In this document: in pieces, positions 1-11,500 of the stretch
Numbering within the stretch: position 1 is the first letter of the stretch
How the letters are laid out: every line of letters starts with the position of its first letter
DNA from: Macrostomum hystrix
Taxonomy: Eukaryota; Animalia; Platyhelminthes
DNA length: 64,000 nucleotides
Assembly: GCA_950097015.1 (NCBI GenBank)
Contig: CATNEN010000038.1
Coordinates: forward strand, 620,001-684,000
Direction: 5' to 3'
Program-made: the position numbers and the translations under genes
The notes under the pieces: model-generated
Databases searched by the model: none
Told to the model about the DNA's origin: nothing
The model's input: the letters and a program-made list of their open reading frames with translations, nothing else

Positions 1-137
1 TGAAGCACTAGTATAGGAAATCAAGTACCAATGCTCTAGGATTTCTTCCCTTAGCTCAAGATTCGAACCCCCGACCTTTCCGGTTTGGAAGCTTGAATAA
101 AATGAATTGATAAATGTGGTGGAAACGTGAGCCGAAC

Positions 138-3100
138 CTGGACAGCGTAGACACAGTTGATGACGGAGGACGATTTGGCTAAAATCTCGGCTCGCTTTGC
201 ATCCAGCAGCTTCATGACTAGCAGGTAGGGCAGAGACGAGACCAGGTAGAACACATTCGTGCTCAGCAGCATCTTCGTCAGGTTGCCGCCCCAGCCGCCG
301 CCGCCGCCTCCGGTGCAGCCCACGCCCTTCGGTCGGCGCCTCTTTCGCTGCTTGTTCAAGCTGGCTTCGCGCCTGATTCGAAGACTGCGCAATCGCCTGG
401 CGATCAGCAGATTGGCGCCCAGCATGATCAGGAAGGGGCCGACGGTGACAAGGGCGGGGTCAACGAAGGTCACGTAGGAGTGTAGAATCAGCGGGTCGTG
501 AATGTGACACTTGGTCAGGTTCGAGTTCTGCTTCAACCGGAGCCTGCGATGGGAAGGTATTTGGCTCCACGGCATTGAAACACTCGCTGCGGATGACGCT
601 AACAACTCTACACTTGACAATCTACCAGTTCTACCATTGAAAATCTACCAGTTCTACCATTGACAATCTACCAAAGCTACCAATGACAATCTACCAAAGC
701 TACCATTGACAATCTACCAAAGCTACCATTGACAATCTACCAGAGCTATCATTAACAATCTACCAAAGCTACCATTGACAATCTACCAAAGCTACCATTA
801 ACAATCTACCAAAGCTACCATTGACAATCTACCAAAGCTACCATTGACAATCTACCAAAGCTACCATTGACAATCTACCAAAGCTACCATTGACAATCTA
901 CCAAAGCTACCATTGACAATCTACCAAAGCTACCATTAACAATCTACCAAAGCTACCATTGACAATCTACCAAAGCTACCATTAACAATCTACCAAAGCT
1001 ACCATTGACAATCTACCAAAGCTACCTTTGACAATCTACTAAAGCTACCATTGACAATCTACCAAAGCTACCATTGACAATCTACCAAAGCTACCATTGA
1101 CAATCTACCAAAGCTACCTTTGACAATCTACAAAGCTACCATTGACAATCTACCAAAGCTACCTTGACAATCTATGCTACCATATACACTATCCTATCTA
1201 CTAAAAGATCACTGGACAGCAACAGTGAAAACATTTCCTATTTCTAAATCGGACAAACAAGAAGAGTGTACGTTTGGCGAAATCAAAAATTATTTTATGG
1301 GTACGCATTTTTATGAACAAACTTTACTAGCATATCCTGGTTCTTAGTATAGGGATAAACATAGGCCTATCTTGATGTTTGTGCATCAAGTGGAAGCGCT
1401 GGCAGTTGATATATACAATATTCAATCTACAATGAAATATCCCAAAACCAGCGCTGTAGACACTCGATGGCCCGTCATGCTTAATCATGTCTGCTTCTGG
1501 CTGAACAAATTGATCCTAATCTTACACACTGACAAATCCTACCTGTCACACACTGACCAATCCTACCTGTCACACACTGACAAATCCTACCTGTCACACA
1601 CTGACCAATCCTACCTGTCACACACTGACCAATCCTACCTGTCACACAATGACCAATCCTACCTGTCACACACTGACCAATCCTACCTGTCACACACTGA
1701 CCAATCCTACCTGTCACACACTGACCAATCCTACCTGTCACACAATGACCAATCCTACCTGTCACACACTGACCAATCCTACCTGTCACACACTGACCAA
1801 TCCTACCTGTCACACACTGACCAATCCTACCTGTCACACAATGACCAATCCTACCTGTCACACACTGACCAATCCTACCTGTCACACAATGACCAATCCT
1901 ACCTGTCACACACTGACCGATCCTACCTGTCACACACTGACCAATCCTACCTGTCACACACTGACCAATCCTACCTGTCACACACTGACCAATCCTACCT
2001 GTCACATACTGACCAATCCTACCTGTCACACAATGACCAATCCTACCTGTCACAAACTGATCAATCCTACCTGTCACACACTGACCAATCCTACCTGTCA
2101 CACACTGACCAATCCTACCTGTCACATACTGACCAATCCTACCTGTCACACAATGACCAATCCTACCTGTCACAAACTGATCAATCCTACCTGTCACACA
2201 ATGATCAATCCTACCTGTCACACAATGACCAATCCTACCTGTCACACACTGACCAATCCTACCTGTCACACAATGACCAATCCTACCTGTCACACACTGA
2301 CCAATCCTACCTGTCACACACTGATCAATCAAAGACCTTAATGTCCCAAAAGCAAATTTCTAAGTCTACAAGGCTACAAGCCAATGCAATGGGCAGCCTC
2401 ACAATGCGGAGGTTACTCTAGTCGATACTCTCTAAAATATTCCTGGCTGTGTGTTGGCACAACGTGACAAGGAATTTAATATGGTTTAATTTCGCAAAGT
2501 TTTAGTAGAAAGAAAATTAAATTGTCAATCATTTAAAAGAATTTTGCCAGTAATTTTGGCCAGAAAGCCAAGTTTAAATATTAAAAGGGAATATTGAATT
2601 TCTTTGCTTGGAAATTGTTAATCCTCAAGCAAATCTTAAGCCTAACTTTAGTTAGCTGTGTGTGTATTATTTCTTGTTGTCATATTAAAAAGAAATATTC
2701 TATTTAAAATCGTGAGTGACTCCCGACTTCCACATTTTTGAGCTATATTATAACAGTTGGCTCAGAATGTCAAGCAATTTTTTTGCTACTAATATTGCTT
2801 TGTCACGCGTTTTATCTCTCTCATTTCTCACCTGTCTTATCGGGGGGGGATAGTGGCAGAGCGGTTAACGCTTCTGCCTCTCGCATCAAGGTCCCTGAGC
2901 TCGATTGCGCGGTGGCGCACAGCGCTGAGCTCGATTATCGCACCTGGTGTACAGCTAACCTGTCTTATCTCCCCTGGCGTACAGCTAACCTGTCTTATCG
3001 CACCTGGCGTACAGCTAACCTGTCTTATCTCCCCTGGCTTACAGCTAACCTGTCTTATCGCACCTGGCGTACAGCTAACCTGTCTTATCTCCCCTGGCTT

Positions 3101-4046
3101 ACAGCTAACCTGTCTTATCGCACCTGGCGTACAGCTAACCTGTCTTATCGCACCTGGCGTACAGCTAACCTGTCTTATCTCCCCTGGCTTACAGCTAACC
3201 TGTCTTATCGCACCTGGCGTACAGCTAACCTGTCTTATCTCCCCTGGCTTACAGCTAACCTGTCTTATCTTACCTGGCGTACAGATAACCTGTCTTTTCG
3301 CACCTGGCGTACAGCTAACCTGTCTTATCTCACCTAGCGTACAGCAGCACCTGAAGGTTGCAGGCACACACCGCCAGCGTGATGGCGGTCACCACGGCAG
3401 CGGCTAGTCTCACGGTGCAGACCTGGCGAGCCCTGAAGGGCTTCAGAACCCAGACGGCCCTGTCGACGGTGACAGCCACCAGCACCCAGGCGCTGATCTG
3501 GCTGGATGAATAGTTGACGAACAGCATCAGCTTGCATGCGATGTCGTGTACATCCCTGAGCAGCCTGTCCGATGCGAAAATTGCGGCGGACAATGGCCTG
3601 GTTGTGGGTCCGATCAGCAGCACGAGTATGTCCACAGCCGACAGGCAGGTGAGGTAGAAGGCTGTGCTGGTCTGCCGCAGGTGCTTGCAGCGCAGTACTC
3701 GCATTGTGAGCAGATTGCCAGCGATGCCGAACAGGACAACCAGGGCGGTGAGGCTCAGGTCAGCCGCAACCAGGTAGATGGACTCCCTTCCAGATGGACT
3801 GAGTGGCCTTTTAAACGTGTACAAGAAAATACATTTTCATGTCTTCTGACCTAGTTTCGATGTCGGCTTTGGTATTTCTGTTTCGAGTTTTCGGAGAGCT
3901 GATTTCGGTTTCGGGTTTTCGGAGAGCTGATTTCGGTTAGGAATTTGGTTTCGGGTCCTTAACAGTTGGGAGTGCATTAACCAGTAAAAAAATATCGATT
4001 GGAAAACTTACTCATCTGTTTCGCTGGAGTTGTTTGTGTCGGACAT
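138..4046 (-). CDS. Rhodopsin-family (class A) peptide-type GPCR, 3'-partial. Exons 4046-4012, 3807-3334, 543-138; last exon (rest of TM7) lies off the window start
   Basis: Spliced translation MSDTNNSSETDEPLSPSGRESIYLVAADL... has N-glycosylation sites, TM1 GIAGNLL, TM2 LSAVD, TM3 CKLM...VAVTVDRAVWVLKPF, TM5 GPFLIMLGANLLI, TM6 LTKMLL..NVFYLVSSLPY. Donors GTAAGT, GTGAGA, GTTCGG; acceptors AAG, CAG; phases 2 and 2 keep frame. Confidence 0.88.
615..1172. repeat. 23-bp minisatellite (TTGACAATCTACCAAAGCTACCA)n, ~24 copies, GPCR intron 2
   Basis: Direct tandem periodicity. Confidence 0.97.
1524..2330. repeat. 24-bp minisatellite (CACACTGACCAATCCTACCTGTCA)n, ~33 copies, GPCR intron 2
   Basis: Tandem periodicity; explains the HTDQSYLS and CVTGRIGQ ORFs. 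Confidence 0.97.
2843..2934 (+). mobile_element. tRNA-like 5' head fragment of SINE family B, inserted at the edge of the 30-bp array
   Basis: TAGTGGCAGAGCGGTTAACGCTTCTGCCTCTCGCATCAAGGTCCCTGAGCTCGATT resembles 45422-45483; flanked by TTATCG at 2837-2842 and 2935-2940. Confidence 0.6.
2935..3345. repeat. 30-bp minisatellite (CACCTGGCGTACAGCTAACCTGTCTTATCG)n, ~13 copies, overlapping the GPCR exon-2 donor
   Basis: Tandem periodicity; the last unit runs into exon sequence CACCTAGCGTACAGC (3331-3345). Confidence 0.97.
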
Positions 4047-4349
4047 GCCAGAAACCGAATTGCTGGTTTTGATATCAATGAAAAATAACGACTGATTAGG
4101 CAGGTTTAGTTTCGTAAACGACAAGTTACTCTTGTATCTATTCCATTCTTTGCAGGCCCTCAAATACTCGTACTTTCTAAGCTCTCGAAATGGCTGCTCT
4201 CTGATTCGCTGCAGTCAGCTCAGCTGCCTGAAGCCTGCTCAATGCTGATTGGCTGCAGGGGCAAATCAGACAAGCAGCTCTTTCTGGCCGCGCCTAAATT
4301 TTCTGAACCACTGCAGCCCTGTCTTTTGCATTCTTTTTATTCTCTCTGC

Positions 4350-4610
4350 CTTATTCTCTCCTCCATTCTCTCTCCCCCATTCTCTCTCCCCCATTCTCTC
4401 TCCCCCATTCTCTCCTCCTCATTCTCTCCTCCTCATTCTCTCTCCTCCATTCGCTCTCCCCCATTCTCTCTCCCCCATTCTCTCCTCCTCATTCTCTCTC
4501 CTCCATTCGCTCTCCCCCATTCACTCTCCCCCATTCACTCTCCCCATTCTCTCCTCCCCATTCTCTCTTCCCCATTCTCTCCTCCATTCTCTCTCCCTTT
4601 CTCCCTCCCC
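4350..4610. repeat. ~14-bp pyrimidine-rich minisatellite (CCCATTCTCTCTCC)n
   Basis: Tandem periodicity. Confidence 0.93.
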
Positions 4611-5066
4611 AATTTTCTGTATCTGACACCCAGCACTTCCTCAGGCTTTGCTAAATCTCAGCTAATGCGTGTTTGACAATCTGAGATAGGCACTCGCATT
4701 TTGCGGTTTCAAATTAGAAGAATGCTCATACTTTGCTCTCAACATTCGTGCAGATGAGCAATTTTCAGGTGTGCTCTGTGCTTTCCCTCTCTATCTCTCC
4801 GTCTCTTCACTCGCCATTTCTCAACAAGAAATCACAGATAAGAGCAGCAGCAGCAAGGCTTGCCAAACTAGTTTATAAATAAGTTTAAAAAATCTCAAAT
4901 CAAAGAAAAAACCTTACAGAGGAAACCGCCAGTAAATCACAGTCTGTTGAAGAGTTTAAAAAAAACATAAAAAACATAACTGCTTGCAGAAAATTACAAT
5001 TCAGATAATCCAAATCCAAGGAGACAATCACAGCAAGGGCAAAGTGTTTGGCCAGAGATTTATGCA

Positions 5067-6001
5067 ATGAGCACTGCATCCAAATCAACAAGACGAAGTG
5101 CCAGCGGGCAGTCAGTGCCATCACCTCCCAGGAACAGCCCGCTGCCGAGGCACTGGGAGACGGGCATTACGAAGGCCAAGTTTGATCAGAGCACTTGTGA
5201 GTTTATGTTCCCATTTCTGAAACCCATTTTCACATTCATGATTTACTAATTTCATATTTTTTTAACTTTTAATCTCTGAATTTTCTAAATTTCCAGTCTT
5301 CTAATTTTCCAATGTCTCAATTCCCAATTTTTCAATTATCCTTCCAAATTTTTAAATCGCGAGTTTTTTAATTACTGATTTTTTATCTCTCCAAAACTTT
5401 TTTTCCCCATTTTCCCATTTCGCGTTTCTGATTTCTCTTCTAAAATGAGAAAATTACCTTTCAGCAGGACCCACAAAACTGCGGCTTCTGCAGCCACCTA
5501 CACACCCCGGAGCAGCCCCGGTGGTCCTTGAGACCCTGCTGCCACCCCTGAGGCTTCCGCCTACGCAACAACCGAATCCGGGTCGTCGCCATGGCAACAG
5601 CGGAGGCGGCAGTTCGATCAGCAGCTCGAAAGCTGCCCATTGGGGCTACCAGGAGAAAGGTAATTTTCCCCTAATTTTAACAACTTGGTGCACAAGTAAT
5701 CCTTTTATCCCAGATCCTCCACTCTCCCAGATCCTCTAATGTCCCAGATCCTCCACACTCCCAGATCACACTTTCCCTGTTACCTCCCCCCTCTCTGATT
5801 CACTATCCGAGATCCGAGATGCACACTGATCCCAAATCCCAAATCCCAAATCTCAAACCTTCATCACAGAATTTTCCTTCAGCAGCAATGCTGAGAACGC
5901 TGGCCACTTTGCCACTGGCCCGCGCTATCCCCAGATGCATCTCGGAGAAGACATCGAGTTTCCTGATTGGTTGCCGGACGCGAAACGGCGCGGCGGGCTG
6001 A
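5067..6001 (+). CDS. Possible small spliced gene of unknown function (exons 5067-5196, 5465-5659, 5883-6001)
   Basis: Three GC-rich islands bounded by T|GTGAGT, TTTCAG|, AAG|GTAATT and CCTTCAG|, with phases joining into one ~148-aa ORF. No recognisable domain; another frame in 5532-6153 also looks protein-like. Confidence 0.3.
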
Positions 6002-6261
6002 TCTCGGATAGTCTATGGCCGAAATCGACACCCGAAAGCCTGCACTGGACTGAGCCAGTCCAACTGGTGCCAGTGCTGCCTGCTTCTTCGAATGGCAGAA
6101 AAGATCGCGAGATTGTGGTTCCTGCAAATCTGAGACAGGTCTGCCTCTTTTAGTTTCGTAGAGGCAGGGGGAGAGTTTGGACTCGCAGGAAGGCACTGTC
6201 AACACGATGACATCACCGGCTTGCTGCAGCCGGTTGATTCGGATGTTTTTTCGCATAAAGA

Positions 6262-6500
6262 ATAATCAATAATAATAATTGATTACACCTGCCCCAATTG
6301 GGCCAGATGCGCAGTCGACAGCACAGCCGCAGCTATTGCGCGGCGCATCTGAAGGCTGCGTACGGCTGTTCAGTCCGTGGACTGGGGGGACGCCACACCC
6401 AGCAATCAATGTGTCCTTTAATGCGTATTTTTAAAGGACACATTGTTTCAGTGGAGTAGGGACTCGAACCCCCGACCTTCAAGTCACTAGGCTACAACCC
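6262..6500 (-). mobile_element. SINE family A copy with internal deletions
   Basis: Near-identical to 54885-55192 over the ATT tail, 3' domain (ACACCTGCCCCAATTGGG...GGACGCCACACCC) and tRNA head (TCGAACCCCCGACCTTCAAGTC...CTAGGCTACAACC); central domain missing. Confidence 0.85.
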
Positions 6501-6825
6501 CAAAATCACATAAGCCAATCGGTAGGATCCAGCTCTTGATAGCCAGTGCACCAGCTGTACATACTTAAGTAACACTAAAGTTATTGTTCCTGTTTCAGCT
6601 CATCCTGCAAAAACTGAATGATGGGCGACAATGGCCACCGCGTTCTTTTGATACAAAACCCAAGGCCGCCAGCATAGAAGATTGAGGACAACTTACACAT
6701 GCCACTGCTTTCACATGTTCAAAATGCGGATTCGTGTAAATAAAAGTTTACAAAATTTGCTGATGTAATTTGTATGACAATTAAAGCACTTAAAGTTATA
6801 TGCGTCTGAAAGTGAGCAATGATCA

Positions 6826-7150
6826 ATTACAGTAGTACACAGTAGACAGCATTACAGTTTACAGCATTCAGTATTACAGTAGACAGTTTACAGCATTACA
6901 GTATTACAGTAGACAGTTTACAGTTTTACAGTATTACAGTATTACAGTAGACAGCATTACAGTTTACAGCATTACAGTATTACAGTAGACAGTTTACAGT
7001 ATTACAGTAGACAGTGTTACAGTATTACAGTTTACAGTATTACAGTATTACAGCAGTAAAAGTAGACAGTTTACAGTACTACAGTAGAAATTTTACAGTA
7101 TTTTTACAGTAATTTTACAGTACAGTAGAAAAGTACAGTATTACAGTTTT
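6826..7150. repeat. Degenerate 7-8 bp satellite (TACAGTAT / TACAGTT / ACAGTAG)
   Basis: Direct reading. Confidence 0.9.
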
Positions 7151-7439
7151 TAGTAAAGTGTTTACAAGAAACAGTTTAGAGCAGACAGATAATAACATTT
7201 CACTGCCAAAAATGGTAATTTTTCCAAGACATAATTGAAAGTAACCCAAAGCCGAATATTGACCCGATTATTTTGCCAGACAGAGGATGTGATTGCAACG
7301 TGTTAGTTATCATATTATTTGCTTTCGCGTTTCTGGGTTGTCTGCTCAGTCGCGCTAACACAATGCGACATTCATAATGACCCAGGACTTCAGATTGAAA
7401 AAAATTCAAATACTTCACGAAAAATCCCAAGCTGAATGA

Positions 7440-7525
7440 CTGATTTTCGTCAAAGTCCACAATATGGATCAACATTTTCCGCCCTTCACGATGAAATAAC
7501 TTTCAAAGCCGTCCGAGTCGGCATC
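7440..7525 (+). repeat. Short dispersed repeat, second copy at ~43441-43525
   Basis: Both loci share GATTTTCGTCRAAGTC...CGATGAA.TAACTTTCAAAGCCGTC.GAGTC.GCAT. Confidence 0.6.
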
Positions 7526-7604
7526 GTCGAGTTGTTCAGCGATTCTTGCCGAAGACCCTGGTGACAAGGACAGCTAAAATTGCTCTGCATAGGGAAGAGC
7601 GGTC

Positions 7605-7897
7605 ACGGCGAGGCCGCATTTATTTGGGGCGCAGCCGCGGAGAGAAGGCTTGGGGGCTTGTCGTGCAATTTACGCACTTGATGGCCAACCTCCAGGGCGC
7701 AGTCAGAGTGCACACTGCCTGACGATAAGAAAGTCAGGGCAGATGTACACACCTGTGTGAGCGTTTGCCTGCGTACGGTATCTGTGTGCTCAGGAGTCAT
7801 CGAAATGGGCAGAATTGCCTCCTCGCTGGCTGCGGGTCTAGTGTCACCAAATGATGTGCCATTGCCCGCAGCCCTCCTGCAATTATTATTATTATTA
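7605..7897 (+). mobile_element. SINE family B copy (5'-truncated) with (ATT)n tail
   Basis: Matches 45485-45830 (+), 50046-50317 (-) and 50840-51090 (-); ends GCCCTCCTGCAATTATTATTATTATT. Confidence 0.85.
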
Positions 7898-8467
7898 CTC
7901 GTATTATAAAGTTGTTCTGTTTAAACCTCTTTAGTGAATCCATATTGGTTTAAAATGAAAAAAACAACTATTTAATCATTAATATCTGACATGATAACGT
8001 GATGAAATATTGTGAGCAGAAAATATATGCCTATTATAAGTTTTGTCACCAGACACCTCGACGAGAATCCTTGAATATCTCAGCGATGCCGATGTTTTTT
8101 TTATTCTGGAAGTTGTTTTCTCGGAAAGAGTGGAAAATTTTGACTTTCCCAAAGTTTCTCGAGTTTTTTCTTGACCAACTCTCTGGGGTTCACCACAAAA
8201 AGCATAGAACGAGTTTCATTATTCTCTGCAAACGTGCTGTCTTCTGTACGCATTAACCAGTTGGCAGTGTGCATGCGTGCCGAAATTAACTTCTAAATAG
8301 CATCCAGTCCCACTGACAATGGCCATATTCTTTAGTTTCTATGCTCTCCCTGTACTCAGCCACAGCGTGAATGGGCACGTTAGAAAAGCAGGCGATGCAA
8401 ATTTAAGCCAGGTGCTGAGCTCGGGACCAGGCAGCCAAATCTGACGAGACACAGACACATCGGAGCA

Positions 8468-8516
8468 ATGGAACAGCCCAGACAGATGACAAGACTCAAT
8501 AATAATGGAGGCCTCA

Positions 8517-8547
<31 letters not shown>

Positions 8548-11500
8548 TGAGGAAACGGCTAGCATACAGAGTTACAGCCAGGTGCCCAGAGTTCACGCGG
8601 TCCGATCGCGGGACATTTTCCGAACCTTGCGCACCTTCGCAGCCAACACCTCAGCTCACGGCTTCTACCACCTCAATCACCCGGTGCGCTACTTCAAGAC
8701 CGGCTGGATCATCCTCATCATCGCCGCATTCGTTGGCATCACGGTGCACATGTCCATTCTGATAGTGAAGTATCGAGATGAGCCGACATCGACGAAGATT
8801 AATCCGCGAGGCACGGCGTTTGTTGCGCCCGACATCACCGTGTGCAACAGGATGATGTTCGCTGTCAGCAAACTGTTCAACAAGGTTGACGAGAACAGAT
8901 TCGAGGTGAACTCAGCGTTCCAGCCCGTCCTGGACAGTGTGCTCAAAGTCAGGGAGTTCCTAGACGTCAGTGTCAAACGCTACCTGCGACTCAGCTACGG
9001 TAACTATGAGCTCGACTCGGACCTGCTCAGAATCGAAGATGACGGCATTTACAACTTGCCAAGTGAGTTGCTGGCGTTAGACACGGGTAGCTGTTAGACA
9101 CGGGTAGCTGTTAGACACGGGTAGCTGTTAGACACGGGTAGCTGTTTGACAAGGGTAGCTGTTAGACACGGGTAGCTGTTAGACACAGGTAGCTGTTAGA
9201 CACGGGTAGCTGTTAGACACGGGTAGCTGTTTGACAAGGGTAGCTGTTAGACACGGGTAGCTGTTAGACACGGGTAGCTGTCAGACACGGGTAGCTGTTT
9301 GACAAGGGTAGCTGTTAGACACGGGTAGCTGTTAGACACGGGTAGCTGTCAGACACGGGTAGCTGTTTGACACGGGTAGCTGTTAGACACGGGTAGCTGT
9401 TAGACACGGGTAGCTGTTAGACACGGGTAGCTGTTAGACACGGGTAGCTGTTAGACACGGGTAGCTGTTAGACACGGGTAGCTGTTAGACACGGGTAGCT
9501 GTTAGACACGGGTAGCTGTTAGACACGGGTAGCTGTTAGACACGGGTAGCTGTTAGACACGGGTAGCTGTTAGACACGGGTAGCTGTTAGACACGGGTAG
9601 CTGTTAGACACGGGTAGCTGTTAGACACGGGTAGCTGTTAGACACGGGTAGCTGTTAGACACGGGTAGCTGTTAGACACGGGTAGCTGTTAGACACGGGT
9701 AGCTGTTAGACACGGGTAGCTGTTAGACACGGGTAGCTGTTAGACATGGGTAGCTGTTAGACACGGGTAGCTGTTAGACACGGGTAGCTGTTAGACATGG
9801 GTAGCTGTTAGACACGGGTAGCTGTTAGACACGGGTAGCTGTTAGACACGGGTAGCTGTCAGACACGGGTAGCTGTTTGACAAGGGTAGCTGTTAGACAC
9901 GGGTAGCTGTTAGACACGGGTAGCTGTCAGACACGGGTAGCTGTTTGACACGGGTAGCTGTTAGACACGGGTAGCTGTTAGACACGGGTAGCTGTTAGAC
10001 ACGGGTAGCTGTTAGACACGGGTAGCTGTTAGACACGGGTAGCTGTTAGACACGGGTAGCTGTTAGACACGGGTAGCTGTTAGACACGGGTAGCTGTTAG
10101 ACACGGGTAGCTGTTAGACACGGGTAGCTGTTAGACACGGGTAGCTTTTAGACACGGGTAGCTGTTAGACACGGGTAGCTTTTAGACATGGGTAGCTGTT
10201 AGACACGGGTAGCTGTTAGACACGGGTAGCTGTTAGACATGGGTAGCTGTTAGACACGGGTAGCTGTTAGACACGGGTAGCTGTTAGACACGGGTAGCTG
10301 TTAGACACGGGTAGCTGTTAGACACGGGTAGCTGTTAGACACAGGTAGCTGTTAGACACGGGTAGCTGTTAGACATGGGTAGCTGTTAGACACGGGTAGC
10401 TGTTAGACACGGGTAGCTGTTAGACATGGGTAGCTGTTAGACACGGGTAGCTGTTAGACACGGGTAGCTGTTAGACACGGGTAGCTGTTAGACACGGGTA
10501 GCTGTTAGACACGGGTAGCTGTTAGACACGGGTAGCTGTTAGACACGGGTAGCTGTTAGACACGGGTAGCTGTTAGACACGGGTAGCTGTTAGACACGGG
10601 TAGCTGTTAGACACAGGTAGCTGTTAGACACAGGTAGCTGTTAGACACAGGTAGCTGTTAGACACGGGTAGCTGTTAGACACGGGTAGCTGTTAGACACG
10701 GGTAGCTGTTAGACACCGGTAGCTGTTAGACACGGGTAGCTGTTGGATAAGGGTAGCTGTTAGACACGGAATTGAGTGATACACAATTATCAGTTCATAC
10801 TATTCATGTAGTTTGAACTGAACATGTTGTTGGTAAAAATTCGCCACTATATTATGAAATTCAGTAGTAATTGAAATATAAGTGTTATAACAAGCAAATT
10901 GCGATAACCAAAGGTCACTATCTGCACAGTGTTTAGAAGGAAAAACTTGTTTAGGCCACTTTGCTCTGACTTTGCTTCTGCGGTCAGAAGCAAGCTTGAG
11001 TGCCGTGTGAGTCACGTCCATTGCAGGACAGTGGGCTTGTACAGCCACCATGCTTTGGTGTCCACTGGGTCGAGTGTACATTATTGTGACCTAAAATAGC
11101 CCTGTAGATGGTAATACAGAGACAGAACTGGAAAATACTTATTAATAACTCCAGTCCTTAGCAAGATCTGACTGGATGCCCACGCTCAAGTTTTCTTGAG
11201 TATCGAGAAAAAAACACCATTTTCTAAGGCCTTTAAATTCTGCTTTAATAAGAACGATTCAATATATGAAAGATAATTAAAATGTTAATACTCGTACTTA
11301 TCATGTTATACCTACGTCCATGGCCTTATCTCTCCCCTGTCTCATCTCTCCCCTGTCTCATCTCTCCCCTGTTTTATCTCTCCCCTTTCTCATCTCTCCC
11401 CTGTTTTATCTCTCCCCTGTCTCATCTCTCCCCTGTCTCATCTCTCCCCTGTCTCATCTCTCCCCTGTCTCATCTCTCCCCTGTCTCATCTCTCCCCTGT

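Noticed and set aside
3455-3475. DRA in place of DRY in the GPCR
   Set aside because: The third position of this motif varies commonly in invertebrate peptide-type receptors.
7708-7750. Hammerhead-like CTGACGA..GAAA..GTC in SINE family B
   Set aside because: No room for stems II or III; better explained as a simple hairpin (CTGCCTGAC / GTCAGGGCAG).
9075-10769. CRISPR-like appearance of the regular arrays
   Set aside because: No unique spacers, no cas genes, eukaryotic intron context.
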